Assembly: GCA_045540115.1 (NCBI GenBank)
Contig: JAZQGR010000041.1
Span: 36,638-100,637, forward strand
Length of the DNA stretch: 64,000 bases
Source: Eubacteriales bacterium
GTDB lineage: Bacteria; Bacillota; Clostridia; Oscillospirales; CAG-272
Reading direction: 5' to 3'
This document shows positions 37,808 to 47,103 of the stretch, piece by piece. The notes beneath the pieces are model-generated. The model saw nothing but the letters and a program-made list of their open reading frames with translations. It was not told where the DNA came from and did no database searches. Position 1 is the stretch's first letter. Each line of letters starts with the position of its first letter. Both the position numbers and the translations under genes were made by a program.

Positions 37808-39348
37808 ACAGATTTGATTTGATCATAGGTAAGGCCGTAACGCTTGGCAATATCTTGAGCATAGCTCTTACCGTCGCTCTTTTCGCGATACACCTTATAG
37901 GTTCGCCTATCGTGATAAATTCCAACTTTCAGATAATCAATAACAGAACGCGAATTTGCTTGCGCATTATACCTTTCCGTTACTTCAACCACCTCGTGAA
38001 GATGAGTTGAAAAGATGCCACGGCATCCTATATCCGTTACACCGCGAATGAAATCGCAAGCTATATATGTTGCTTCATAGGCATTCGTTGATGAAAGCGT
38101 TTCATCCAAAAGTAACATACTATGGGGAGAAAGCTTTTCTACGATTGCCGACAATCTATGACATTCTTCTTCGAGACGACCCATACCATTTCCGCTTTCG
38201 CCGACACTTTTCGGAAAATGGGTATATAAGCCGAGAACCGGACTTATTGAAGCGCTCTCGGCAGGAACCAACCATCCTAATTGAGCAAACACTTGTATGA
38301 TACCAACGCATCGTAAGAAAACAGATTTACCCCCTTGATTAGGTCCGGTCAAAATATAGAATTGTCCTTTTTCATCAAAAGAAAAGTCGTTCTTTACGAT
38401 TTTAGCAGCACCAACCTGCAGTGCAGTGACCGGATTGTAAGCATTTTTTACCGAAAAAACTTTTTCACCCGTTGGGTGAATTATCGGCTTACAAAGAGGC
38501 AGTCGAAGCTCTGTCAAGAAGCGGTGAATTTTTACGCTTTCTGTAAGGAAAATCAAAACGGGTAATGCTTCCAGCAGTTCTTTACACGAATTAGAAAGAA
38601 ATGCGTCAACCGTTGGCTGCCACTGTGATAGGTTCTTTTTAAACCATTTATTAAGTGCCGTATAGATTGTATCATTCATTAAAGATGACTCATGACGATT
38701 CAAAACTTTCGGTGTCGTAAGAGGAGCCATAGAATGAAGGGCGTTAGCATCTTGAACCGATAACAAGCGCTCAATAAGCGTTTTGCTGACGATCGGCGTT
38801 GTGTTGATGGACAGAATCCCGCCGTCTTTGAGTGACAGGTCTTCATTGAAGTTGAACCCAAGAGAAATACTTCTAATTGAGCCGATCTTTTTCAGAAGCT
38901 CTTTAGTTCCCTCTCTGAGCTTCCGATACTCATCTGATTCAGCCATCTGCACAACTTCAGAATAAAAAGCTCTGATAGAATCCGAGGTTGCATTATTAAA
39001 GTGTTCGCTGTTCTGCGTGATCGTGTCAATGCAATGAAAATATATTTCTAGCTGTTTTACAGAATACAGATGTGTCTCTGCAGCATAATGCGCTTCCCGT
39101 ATATTGACCATGTTTTTAATATACCGCAAATCATCAATAACCGAAAGAAGGACAGCATGTAGCTCAGGAATCGATACAAGGTCATTAATGACATGATTGC
39201 GTTCGCGAATTACTACCTCATCTGTAGAAATATACTCAACCAGGTTTAAATCCTTGGAGTACAAGAGATTATTTAATCCCAGATCTGATATCAGTTCGCC
39301 GGCATGATCGAAAGATTCGTCACATTTTTTGATAATAGAATCAAACAT
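37798..39348 (-). CDS. MutS-family ATPase (MutS2-like: core/clamp plus domain V, no mismatch-binding domain)
   Basis: ILTGPNQGGKSVFLRCVG (Walker A), LLLDETLSSTNAYEA (Walker B), STHLHE (MutS ABC signature). Confidence 0.7.
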   Translation of the reverse strand: MFDSIIKKCDESFDHAGELISDLGLNNLLYSKDLNLVEYISTDEVVIRERNHVINDLVSIPELHAVLLSVIDDLRYIKNMVNIREAHYAAETHLYSVKQLEIYFHCIDTITQNSEHFNNATSDSIRAFYSEVVQMAESDEYRKLREGTKELLKKIGSIRSISLGFNFNEDLSLKDGGILSINTTPIVSKTLIERLLSVQDANALHSMAPLTTPKVLNRHESSLMNDTIYTALNKWFKKNLSQWQPTVDAFLSNSCKELLEALPVLIFLTESVKIHRFLTELRLPLCKPIIHPTGEKVFSVKNAYNPVTALQVGAAKIVKNDFSFDEKGQFYILTGPNQGGKSVFLRCVGIIQVFAQLGWLVPAESASISPVLGLYTHFPKSVGESGNGMGRLEEECHRLSAIVEKLSPHSMLLLDETLSSTNAYEATYIACDFIRGVTDIGCRGIFSTHLHEVVEVTERYNAQANSRSVIDYLKVGIYHDRRTYKVYREKSDGKSYAQDIAKRYGLTYDQIKSVWK

Positions 39349-39379
39349 AAATCTACTTTCTTACATTAACGACAACATT

Positions 39380-39670
39380 TTATTGCCGTGAAATCAAGAT
39401 GTTATTATCAACCATCTCATTAATACACATTTTCATGTCTTGACAGATTTCCTCCAATTCATCGGGGTTCTCTGTATCAAATTCAAAGTAATTTCTCATA
39501 AAGGAGAGCAATTCAATGTCATAAGAGCACTCTTTAAAATAATCGAAAATCCTTGATGATGTTTTGTTTAGAATAATGACTTTTTCATGCTTTTCCAAAA
39601 AAACGATATACTCATCTTCCACATTTTCAATTGAGAGTTCATTATTAACCATCAAATGCTTATATTTCAT
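39380..39670 (-). CDS. PqqD-like RiPP recognition element (RRE) protein
   Basis: MKYKHLMVNNELSIENVEDEYIVFLEKHEKVIILNKTSSRIFDYF...LEEICQDMKMCINEMVDNNIL has a PqqD-like pattern. Start taken at MKYKH, 28 nt after the rSAM stop. Confidence 0.55.
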   Translation of the reverse strand: MKYKHLMVNNELSIENVEDEYIVFLEKHEKVIILNKTSSRIFDYFKECSYDIELLSFMRNYFEFDTENPDELEEICQDMKMCINEMVDNNILISRQ

Positions 39671-39698
39671 ATGTATTCCTTTCATTGATTCTTTTTTC

Positions 39699-41003
39699 CT
39701 ATTGTTCTGCAATTTCATAAACAAGGTATTCTGGGCTCTCTTTAACAAGCTTTAAGTATTTGTTATTATATTTTGTGTCGTTAATCAATTTTTCATAGTA
39801 CTGCTTCCAATACAGTCGCTTACATTCACATTGTTGGGCAAACATTTGCGGTGCTTCTTTGGCTCTTAACGGGCATCCACCTCCGCAGTGAATAAATGCA
39901 ATGCAGTTTTTGCATATCTGGTAATAGTCAGAATAATGTTGAGACGAAATGTTATCACATACATCGAAAAACTCTAACTGCTCGTTCTGTATATTACCCA
40001 AGACAATATTAGAATTATGATCATCTAAACAGTTCAATATTCGACCGCTTGCATCAAGCCAGGGGTTATTGCCATACGCCGCCCCACAATTATCACAACT
40101 TATGAACTGCTTAAAATATGACGATCTAAAATTTATAGGCAACTTGTGTAAATAAACATGTTCTTCCAATCTTACATATTCTTTTACAAAGTTATTATAC
40201 GAACTAGCATGCTTTTTCGCCCTTCCCTCGGGCATTACTGGCTCGATATCCCAAGAGCGAAGATTGGGGAACTCCGTGCTTATATAGTTTGCCATTTTTG
40301 TGAGCAATCCATAATCATCCGGCCAAATTGTTGTTCTAATTGAAAAGTTGAATTTTATTGAGTCCAAATATTTGAGTGTTTTATATACAAATTCATGGGT
40401 ATCATAACAACTTGAACTGCAACGATTTTTATTTTGTGTTTCGGGATTTCCATCATATGATACCATTATGGAATCAAAGTTCGATTCTAAAAATACGACT
40501 TGATTTGTATTCAAAACCCCGTTAGTGGTTATTCCTAAAAAAACAGGAATTCCATGTCGAGCAAAAACTTCTCGAATATATTCTACCGATTCAGTAAGTA
40601 ACGCCCAATTATAGGTCGGCTCTCCCCCTCCCGCAAAATATATTTTGGGAGTATTATAGAGTAAATGCATCTTTTTTCTGATTATTGCATTTTTCACGAA
40701 CCAGTTAACAAATGTTTTCACTTGGGAGAAAGACAATTCGTCTCCTTGCGTTTTGGAGTCAAATGAACAATAATTACAGGAAAGATTGCACCTATTTGTT
40801 AGGCTGATTCCAACTGATAAAGGCATTTTCAGTTTAATGTTATAGGGATCATTATTGTAGGTAATATGGCCAAAGTGAGCTGAGCAATTCTTTGGATCAC
40901 ATTCAACTTTTATTGGGATTAGAGAGGTGACATCAGTTTTTTTTACATATACTCTGTTGTTCAAACCATCAATCAAAACTTTGGCATCGGAATAAGGCAA
41001 CAT
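39699..41003 (-). CDS. Radical SAM / SPASM-domain peptide maturase
   Basis: CxxxCxxC (LTNRCNLSCNYCSF), glycine-rich FAGGGEPT, C-terminal SPASM Cys cluster (CDNCGAAYG...CKNCIAFIHCGGGCPLRA). GGAGG RBS. Confidence 0.8.
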   Translation of the reverse strand: MLPYSDAKVLIDGLNNRVYVKKTDVTSLIPIKVECDPKNCSAHFGHITYNNDPYNIKLKMPLSVGISLTNRCNLSCNYCSFDSKTQGDELSFSQVKTFVNWFVKNAIIRKKMHLLYNTPKIYFAGGGEPTYNWALLTESVEYIREVFARHGIPVFLGITTNGVLNTNQVVFLESNFDSIMVSYDGNPETQNKNRCSSSCYDTHEFVYKTLKYLDSIKFNFSIRTTIWPDDYGLLTKMANYISTEFPNLRSWDIEPVMPEGRAKKHASSYNNFVKEYVRLEEHVYLHKLPINFRSSYFKQFISCDNCGAAYGNNPWLDASGRILNCLDDHNSNIVLGNIQNEQLEFFDVCDNISSQHYSDYYQICKNCIAFIHCGGGCPLRAKEAPQMFAQQCECKRLYWKQYYEKLINDTKYNNKYLKLVKESPEYLVYEIAEQ

Positions 41004-41048
41004 ATAATCCTCCTTTTTACTATTACAGTTAGCATGCGCTAATATAAA

Positions 41049-41231
41049 TTAGATGTTTTGAGCTACATTAGCAACGCAACCGGCCGCCGGTCCGCTCATA
41101 CATACTCCTCCCGAGGTGCATCCCGGGAATTCGAGTGAGCGACAGTCGCCAGATCGCGCTAGTGCCTTGATATCGTTAAGCGCCTTTGAATCAATAACGG
41201 TTATTTGATGCTTTTCATATTTTGTTTTCAT
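41049..41231 (-). CDS. Cys-rich RiPP precursor peptide 1 (60 aa)
   Basis: MKTKYEKHQITVIDSKALNDIKALARSGDCRSLEFPGCTSGGVCMSGPAAGCVANVAQNI. GGAGGAATATT RBS. Four Cys in the C-terminal core; directly upstream of the rSAM gene. Confidence 0.65.
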   Translation of the reverse strand: MKTKYEKHQITVIDSKALNDIKALARSGDCRSLEFPGCTSGGVCMSGPAAGCVANVAQNI

Positions 41232-41319
41232 AATATTCCTCCATTTTGCGCACGCTAACTGTATTTAGCACAAACACTGTCTATTCACTTTGATAATACC
41301 ACTTAATTGAATAAATGTC

Positions 41320-41602
41320 AATATTAACTTGTAAAATCCCCGAAATTATTTTGTTTTTCGATTTATTTCGAATTAAGTTTATTGAATTTGATGAAATATG
41401 CGAAAGAACGATTTCCTAAAACGGTTATTAAAAATCAAAATCTCCAATGGAAGATCCGCGTCTATCATTGGAGACTATTATGTAGTAGCGATAATCCAAT
41501 CCGAAAACTAAAGAATGCCGACGTTTCAGTGAATGGGGACCAACGAAATAGTCAATATTTACAAAAAAATAAGTCAAGCCTCAAAGTCTGTTTAGAACTT
41601 GA
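41320..41602 (+). repeat. Third copy of the IS3-family right-end region (no transposase body), ending TAGAACTTGACTCCTATTCAA
   Basis: Homology to 33620-33845 and 42540-42760 (for example GTTTTTCGATTTATTTCGAATT versus GGTTTTTCGTTTGGAACTCGATTTTTGAATT). The terminal 22 nt are nearly identical to remnant A. Confidence 0.45.
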
Positions 41603-42760
41603 CTCCTATTCAAAAGATGAAGAAATAAATTACAAAAAGCGATATGAAATACTAAAAAATACCAAGCCTTCCTCAAGGCACAACGAGAGAAAAAGTAATA
41701 TTTATCAATATGCACATCGAAGAATACTCACTCGACAATATGTGTGAGGTGTTAGATATTTCGAAGAGAACGTATTACAAGTATCGTGCAGCAGAAGATA
41801 AAGACTACTACGACTACCTTTTGATCAAAGAAATGTTTGATGAATCAAAAGGCACGTACGGTTATAGTAGGATTTGTGATGGCTTATTGGTTAAATATGG
41901 TGTAATATTTAACCACAAAAAGACAGCAAGAATCATGAAAAAGTATGGTTTAAAGCCGGAGTATATTAAACGCATCAGACCAAACTACTCAGCTAAAAGG
42001 CAAGAAGAAAACGTTAAACCGAATTTGCTCAAAAAGAACTTTAATGTTAGTGAACCCAATCGGGTGTGGGTTACAGATATTACGTATCTGATCTTTGGCA
42101 ACAAACGAGCTTATCTATCTACTATTCTTGACCTTTATGATAGAAAAATCGTTGCGTATCAGATCTCGAAACGCAACGACATTAAATTAGTTATTGATAC
42201 ATTGAATCAAGCTATTGCTAAAACGAAGGATGCATCAAGCCTTATCATTCACAGTGATCAAGGCTTTCAATATACATCCTTCGAGTACAAAGCCGTATGC
42301 GAATCTAATGGGATACAAATTTCCATGAGTCGAAAAGGCACTCCGATCGACGATTCCCCCATTGAGAGTTTCCATAGCATACTGAAAAAAGAAACTTTGT
42401 ATAACAATTATATCACATCTTTCGATGAATATCTACTGCTTGTTGAGGATTGTTTGAATTTCATAATACTTCAAAAGCAAAAAACAGGAAGAGATGAGTT
42501 CTCTTCCTGCCTTTGTCGTGGTTTTCTATTCTTGTGAACTAAATAGGGTTCACTTCACTTTTCTACCAAAGAAAAAAACCGTAGTGTCTAAATCGCGCGG
42601 CTCAAAAGTCGTTACTGGTTTTTCGTTTGGAACTCGATTTTTGAATTTTTACAAAAACGATTTTAAATGGGCGAAAATATAAAAAGCCTGAATGTATCGA
42701 TAAGAAATAGCAGTCATTTTCTCACAGTCCAATAAAGCTGTTGAGAGCTTTGCCCATATT
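41603..42760 (+). mobile_element. IS3-family element right part: orfA C-terminal fragment, orfB (integrase core, 41710..42537, C-terminus degenerate) and IRR
   Basis: orfB has the DDE/rve core (VWVTDITYL...HSDQGFQYTS...). The region upstream is in a different frame with stops, so it is frameshifted and probably a pseudogene. The 3' region is homologous to remnant A. Confidence 0.65.
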
Positions 42761-43062
42761 CGATATCCGTGATATCACGATACAAAAAATATAATTTTTT
42801 TCGTATAAATTTGATGAATTTTCAAATAATATCATTTTATATATTGAAAAAATGCAAAATGTGTGATATAATAAAATAAAAAAGTGAAAAAACACAAAAA
42901 TTATGAAGATATTTAACGGAAGATTATTGCGACGAAGCGTTAGATTGTACAATTTTTAAGCAATCGAATTGGTAGTTAGAAATATAATTATTGAATTTGT
43001 ATTAATTTTGAATCATTTGTCAAGCTGTTATTTAGTGAAAATACGTTTATGGGAGAATTATT

Positions 43063-44856
43063 ATGAAATCAGTAATAAAAGCCAATAAAGAAAATTTAAA
43101 ATACCTTTTTCGACATTTCTGGCCGCTTATTATTGTAGAATTGTTGTTTGCAATTACAAGTGGAGTTTCAGGAGCGATATCTTCATTCATGTCAAAAACA
43201 TTTATAAATAGTATAATTAATGACAAAAGCTTAAAAGTTGCAATGAATGTTGTTGTTGCGGTTGCGATTTTTGTGCTATTTAAAAATATAATTCAAAGTA
43301 TTGTTAAAGTTTATTCAAACTATGTGTTTTCTAAAGTAAGAGTGTTTTCAAAAACTATTTTTTTAGGATATACGAAACAACTAAATTTATCTTTTTTTGA
43401 TATACCAGAAAACAATAATTGTTTGTCACGTGCAGACCAATATTCCAATGTTGGCACAGAACAATTTATTTCATATGTTTTTTCAGTATTCGCCAATATA
43501 ATCGGGTGTATAAGTATATTGTTGATAATGTCCGATTTTGAGTGGTGGATTGTGTTTTTTTTACTGGTGTTGATGTCTTATAAATTAATAATTGAAAATT
43601 TTCTTTCAAAAAGAAATTTTAAATTTAAAAAGGAACGAGTTATACGCGAGCGACGGATCGGTTATTTTTCAAATTCATTCAAGAGTGCTTCGATATTAAC
43701 AGATTTGCATATATACGATGGCATTGATTTTTTTAAGCATCTATTTGAAAAACATTCGGAGGAAAATATCAATTTACAGACCAAACACAATTTTAAAACT
43801 GAATTGTTGTTTGCTTCAACCTACTTAACTGTTTTTATACAGAATATTGTTTTGTACTTGTATGTAGGTACTGCATTGCTGAATGGGTCCATAAATATTG
43901 GAGAATTTACGATGTTTTTTTCTGCTATCGGCTATTTAAATGCGTTACTGCTTAATTTTAAAAATTCCATATCAACACTATATCCAATTATCTTGGAATC
44001 TCAAAATTATTTAGATCTGATCAACATCGATTCAAAATATAAATATAATATACAAAAGTCGGGTCGAGTAAAGGTTGATAACATTAAGACAATCGAATTT
44101 AAACATATCTATTTTAGGTATCCGAAAAGGACTAACTTTGTTCTGAGCGACGTATCGTTTACTATAAATATGGGGGAGACAATATCTCTTGTAGGGATAA
44201 ATGGATGCGGCAAAACAACAATAATTAAATTATTGCTTAGGTTATATGAACCTACGGACGGACAAATCCTAATTAATGGTATCTCAATAGAAGAAATTGA
44301 TATCGAGAATTATTGGAAATTATGTAGCACTGTTTTTCAAGATTATTGTATTTATCCGATATCTGCATTTGAAAATATATCTTTGAATTGTGTTACCAAA
44401 AGCAACGCTGAATATGTCGCGGATTTAATGAAAAAAGTAGATATTGCGTATAGGTTTGATAAAGAACAAATGGGCATTTTCACTCCTCTTTCAAGAGATT
44501 TTGATGAAAATGGTACGGTTCTTTCAGGCGGCGAAAAACAAAAAATTGCTTTTGCAAGAGCAAGTTATAAGCCTCATTCTATACTGATATTAGACGAGCC
44601 GTCCAGTGCTTTGGATGCGCGAGCAGAGCAGGCATTATTTGATTATGTTGATTGTACTAAAAGCCACAATAAAATTGTAATTTTTGTTTCACACAGACTA
44701 TCAACATCAACCACTGCAGATAAAATTATATATATTGAGAATGGATGTGTATCCTGTTGTGGTTCCCATGACTACATGATGAACAATTGTAGTTCATATA
44801 AAGAGCTGTTTGAAATTCAATCTTCTAAATACGAGCAAACAAGTGTAAATAAATGA
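43063..44856 (+). CDS. ABC exporter, fused permease and ATPase (no C39 peptidase domain), RiPP cluster 2
   Basis: Six TM helices, then Walker A GINGCGKTT, signature LSGGEKQKIAFARA, Walker B ILILDEPSSALD. Confidence 0.8.
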   Translation: MKSVIKANKENLKYLFRHFWPLIIVELLFAITSGVSGAISSFMSKTFINSIINDKSLKVAMNVVVAVAIFVLFKNIIQSIVKVYSNYVFSKVRVFSKTIFLGYTKQLNLSFFDIPENNNCLSRADQYSNVGTEQFISYVFSVFANIIGCISILLIMSDFEWWIVFFLLVLMSYKLIIENFLSKRNFKFKKERVIRERRIGYFSNSFKSASILTDLHIYDGIDFFKHLFEKHSEENINLQTKHNFKTELLFASTYLTVFIQNIVLYLYVGTALLNGSINIGEFTMFFSAIGYLNALLLNFKNSISTLYPIILESQNYLDLINIDSKYKYNIQKSGRVKVDNIKTIEFKHIYFRYPKRTNFVLSDVSFTINMGETISLVGINGCGKTTIIKLLLRLYEPTDGQILINGISIEEIDIENYWKLCSTVFQDYCIYPISAFENISLNCVTKSNAEYVADLMKKVDIAYRFDKEQMGIFTPLSRDFDENGTVLSGGEKQKIAFARASYKPHSILILDEPSSALDARAEQALFDYVDCTKSHNKIVIFVSHRLSTSTTADKIIYIENGCVSCCGSHDYMMNNCSSYKELFEIQSSKYEQTSVNK

Positions 44857-45947
44857 TCTATGATACTATGAGGTGTAACATGTACGAAACAATTACTGCA
44901 AAGACTGTGTTAATAGAAATAACTAATACGTGCAATATGAGATGTACACATTGCTATAATAGATTCGATAGAGAATTACATCCCAAGCCATGCTATATGA
45001 CTTTGGAAAATGTAAAGCATATTATCGAAAAATGTATTTTATATAAATTAAATAAATTGTATATTTCTGGGGGTGAACCATTGTGTCATCCGGATATAAC
45101 TAGAATTATTGATTTGTGTGGTAATTATCCAGATATATATTTTACAATTACTACCAATGGGCTATTGCTTACCGAAGAAATCATCAATCAAATAGAACAA
45201 CATACCAATATATGTGTTCAAATCAGTGTCGATGGATTGTCTAAAGAAGTATATGAAGCGCAAAGGGGAATAGGTACATTTGAAAAATTTATATCTGTAT
45301 TGGATCTACTAATTTCCTCTAAAATCAAATATTTAACCGCACGAACTTGTGTAACAAAGCTAAATTACCGGGAAGTAAAATACATATATGAATTTTTGCT
45401 GAATCATAATATTATGCCTTCTTTTTTATTCGTAAATCAAATGGGAAATGCAGCCGAAAACTGGGATATATTATCCCTAAGTATGGCAAATCAGTTAAAA
45501 GTTCTTAATGATATCAATGTATTAAACAAAAAATATTCACAAACTATTACTCCGCCGGAACCAGTATCAACTTGCAATTTTACTGAAAATGTTGAAGTTA
45601 AATCTATGTTGATTAAATATGACGGAAATGTAGCCCCGTGTCAATATTTTTATTCAGAAAACATAGGTAATATTTTTGAAAAGGATGTTTCTGAAATACT
45701 TAATTATGAAAATTTAAAAAGCTATTATGAGTTAGCAAGATACAGAAAAGAGGTTCTTGAGTCAAGCAACACGTGTTCTAATTGTAGAATAAAAAGGATT
45801 TGTTCATATGGTTGCATAGGGCTTGCAAAAATTTGTGGGGATACTTTGGGAATGGATGGTCAGTGTTCTTATCGAACACACGTTGTGTCAATGTATTCGA
45901 ACGGAATAATTCCTATGCCGGGCAAAGATGTGGAGGATTTATTGTAA
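44853..45947 (+). CDS. Radical SAM / SPASM-domain peptide maturase
   Basis: ITNTCNMRCTHCYN (CxxxCxxC), ISGGEPL, C-terminal CSNCRIKRICSYGCIGLAKICGDTLGMDGQC. ATGA overlap with the ABC gene stop. Confidence 0.8.
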   Translation: MIYDTMRCNMYETITAKTVLIEITNTCNMRCTHCYNRFDRELHPKPCYMTLENVKHIIEKCILYKLNKLYISGGEPLCHPDITRIIDLCGNYPDIYFTITTNGLLLTEEIINQIEQHTNICVQISVDGLSKEVYEAQRGIGTFEKFISVLDLLISSKIKYLTARTCVTKLNYREVKYIYEFLLNHNIMPSFLFVNQMGNAAENWDILSLSMANQLKVLNDINVLNKKYSQTITPPEPVSTCNFTENVEVKSMLIKYDGNVAPCQYFYSENIGNIFEKDVSEILNYENLKSYYELARYRKEVLESSNTCSNCRIKRICSYGCIGLAKICGDTLGMDGQCSYRTHVVSMYSNGIIPMPGKDVEDLL

Positions 45948-46504
45948 TGAAAAAAATTTTTGCAAAATTCAAACAAGTAACGATCGCATGTGCAATATCT
46001 ATGATTATATATGTGTTAACTTATTGGATAACATCCGCTTTTATGAATGCGACATCCAAGCCGATGTATTTGCTTGCGTTAGGAATTTATTCGCTTATGT
46101 TCATGTGTGTATTAAATTTGATTTTGATTTATCGTGAATATATCAAAAACTCTGCTGGCGAAGAAAATGCAATACAAGATTTCAAAAATGGATATTGGGG
46201 ATTCAAAACAGATATAATCTTTTTATTTAGACGTGAATTATCCACTCTTATTACATTTGCATTAATAAATAGCACAAGTTGGATAATGATATCGATAGAT
46301 AAACTGATTTTTTCGAAAAGAACTATAACTGCGATTCTTTTGTTATATGCGCCGTTAAATATTGTAGGTATCACTTTGCCTACATGGGCTAATAGTATAT
46401 TGGGATATTTATTGGGAACCATTTTGTGTTTTGCGATATATCTTTTGGAGCTTGTGATCTTTCGCAAAAAATGGTATATACATTGGAATGAGACAAGGAG
46501 GTAA
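45948..46504 (+). CDS. Polytopic membrane protein (candidate immunity or export accessory)
   Basis: Start at MKKIFAKF; 4-5 TM helices; immediately precedes the precursor gene. Confidence 0.5.
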
Positions 46505-46506
46505 AA

Positions 46507-46767
46507 ATGTTTTATAAACCAAAATTGATAGAAATCTCTATTGAAGAACTTATCAACCATATTCGTATTAAAGCTGATTCTTATACTGGTCCGTCTTGTA
46601 CATGGTCATATGTTGAGGAATACGCATGTGGCGTTTGGGCCGATGGTAGTGATGGTGCCGGGGGCGGAGATTGGGGAAATATGTGTATTGAAATCGGTCC
46701 TTTATTTGGTTGCAATGAACATGAGGATTGGTATTGTAGCACACAAATAACGCCTATCGTTAGATAA
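46507..46767 (+). CDS. Cys-containing RiPP precursor peptide 2 (86 aa)
   Basis: Perfect AGGAGG RBS. Leader-like N-terminus (MFYKPKLIEISIEELINHIRIKADSY), then a core with five Cys and a Gly-rich stretch (GSDGAGGGDWGN). Confidence 0.55.
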   Translation: MFYKPKLIEISIEELINHIRIKADSYTGPSCTWSYVEEYACGVWADGSDGAGGGDWGNMCIEIGPLFGCNEHEDWYCSTQITPIVR

Positions 46768-46839
46768 AAAATTATTACAAGCTCCCTCGAATTAGATTTT
46801 AAAATTATAAGTTGGGTTACTTTAAGCAAGGAGAAATTC

Positions 46840-47103
46840 ATGAAATATATAATAAATCAAGACTTCGATAAGATAGATGATGAGAATAAGACTATTTTGT
46901 TCACAGGTACTGTTGAAAATGTGTACATACTAAACGAAATAGAGACACAGATTTGGAAATTGTTTGATCGCCCCTGCTTTATCACTGAAGCACATGAAAA
47001 GTTTGATACAGTTACTAGTCAAGTAAAGGTTAAGAAAGAAGATTTTTTTGATTTTGTTGAGCAATTAATTATTATGAGGATCTTAATTTTATCTAATGAT
47101 TAG
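46840..47103 (+). CDS. PqqD-like RRE protein
   Basis: ILNEIETQIWKLFDRPCFITEAHEKFD...EDFFDFVEQLI. AAGGAGAAATTC RBS. Confidence 0.55.
   Translation: MKYIINQDFDKIDDENKTILFTGTVENVYILNEIETQIWKLFDRPCFITEAHEKFDTVTSQVKVKKEDFFDFVEQLIIMRILILSND

Noticed and set aside
41382-41747. 121-aa ORF upstream of IS orfB, proposed as orfA
   Set aside because: It reads through the IS right-end repeat copy (non-coding in the other copies). It has no HTH, and the frame relationship to orfB needs a +1 rather than a -1 shift. It is treated as degenerate IS sequence.
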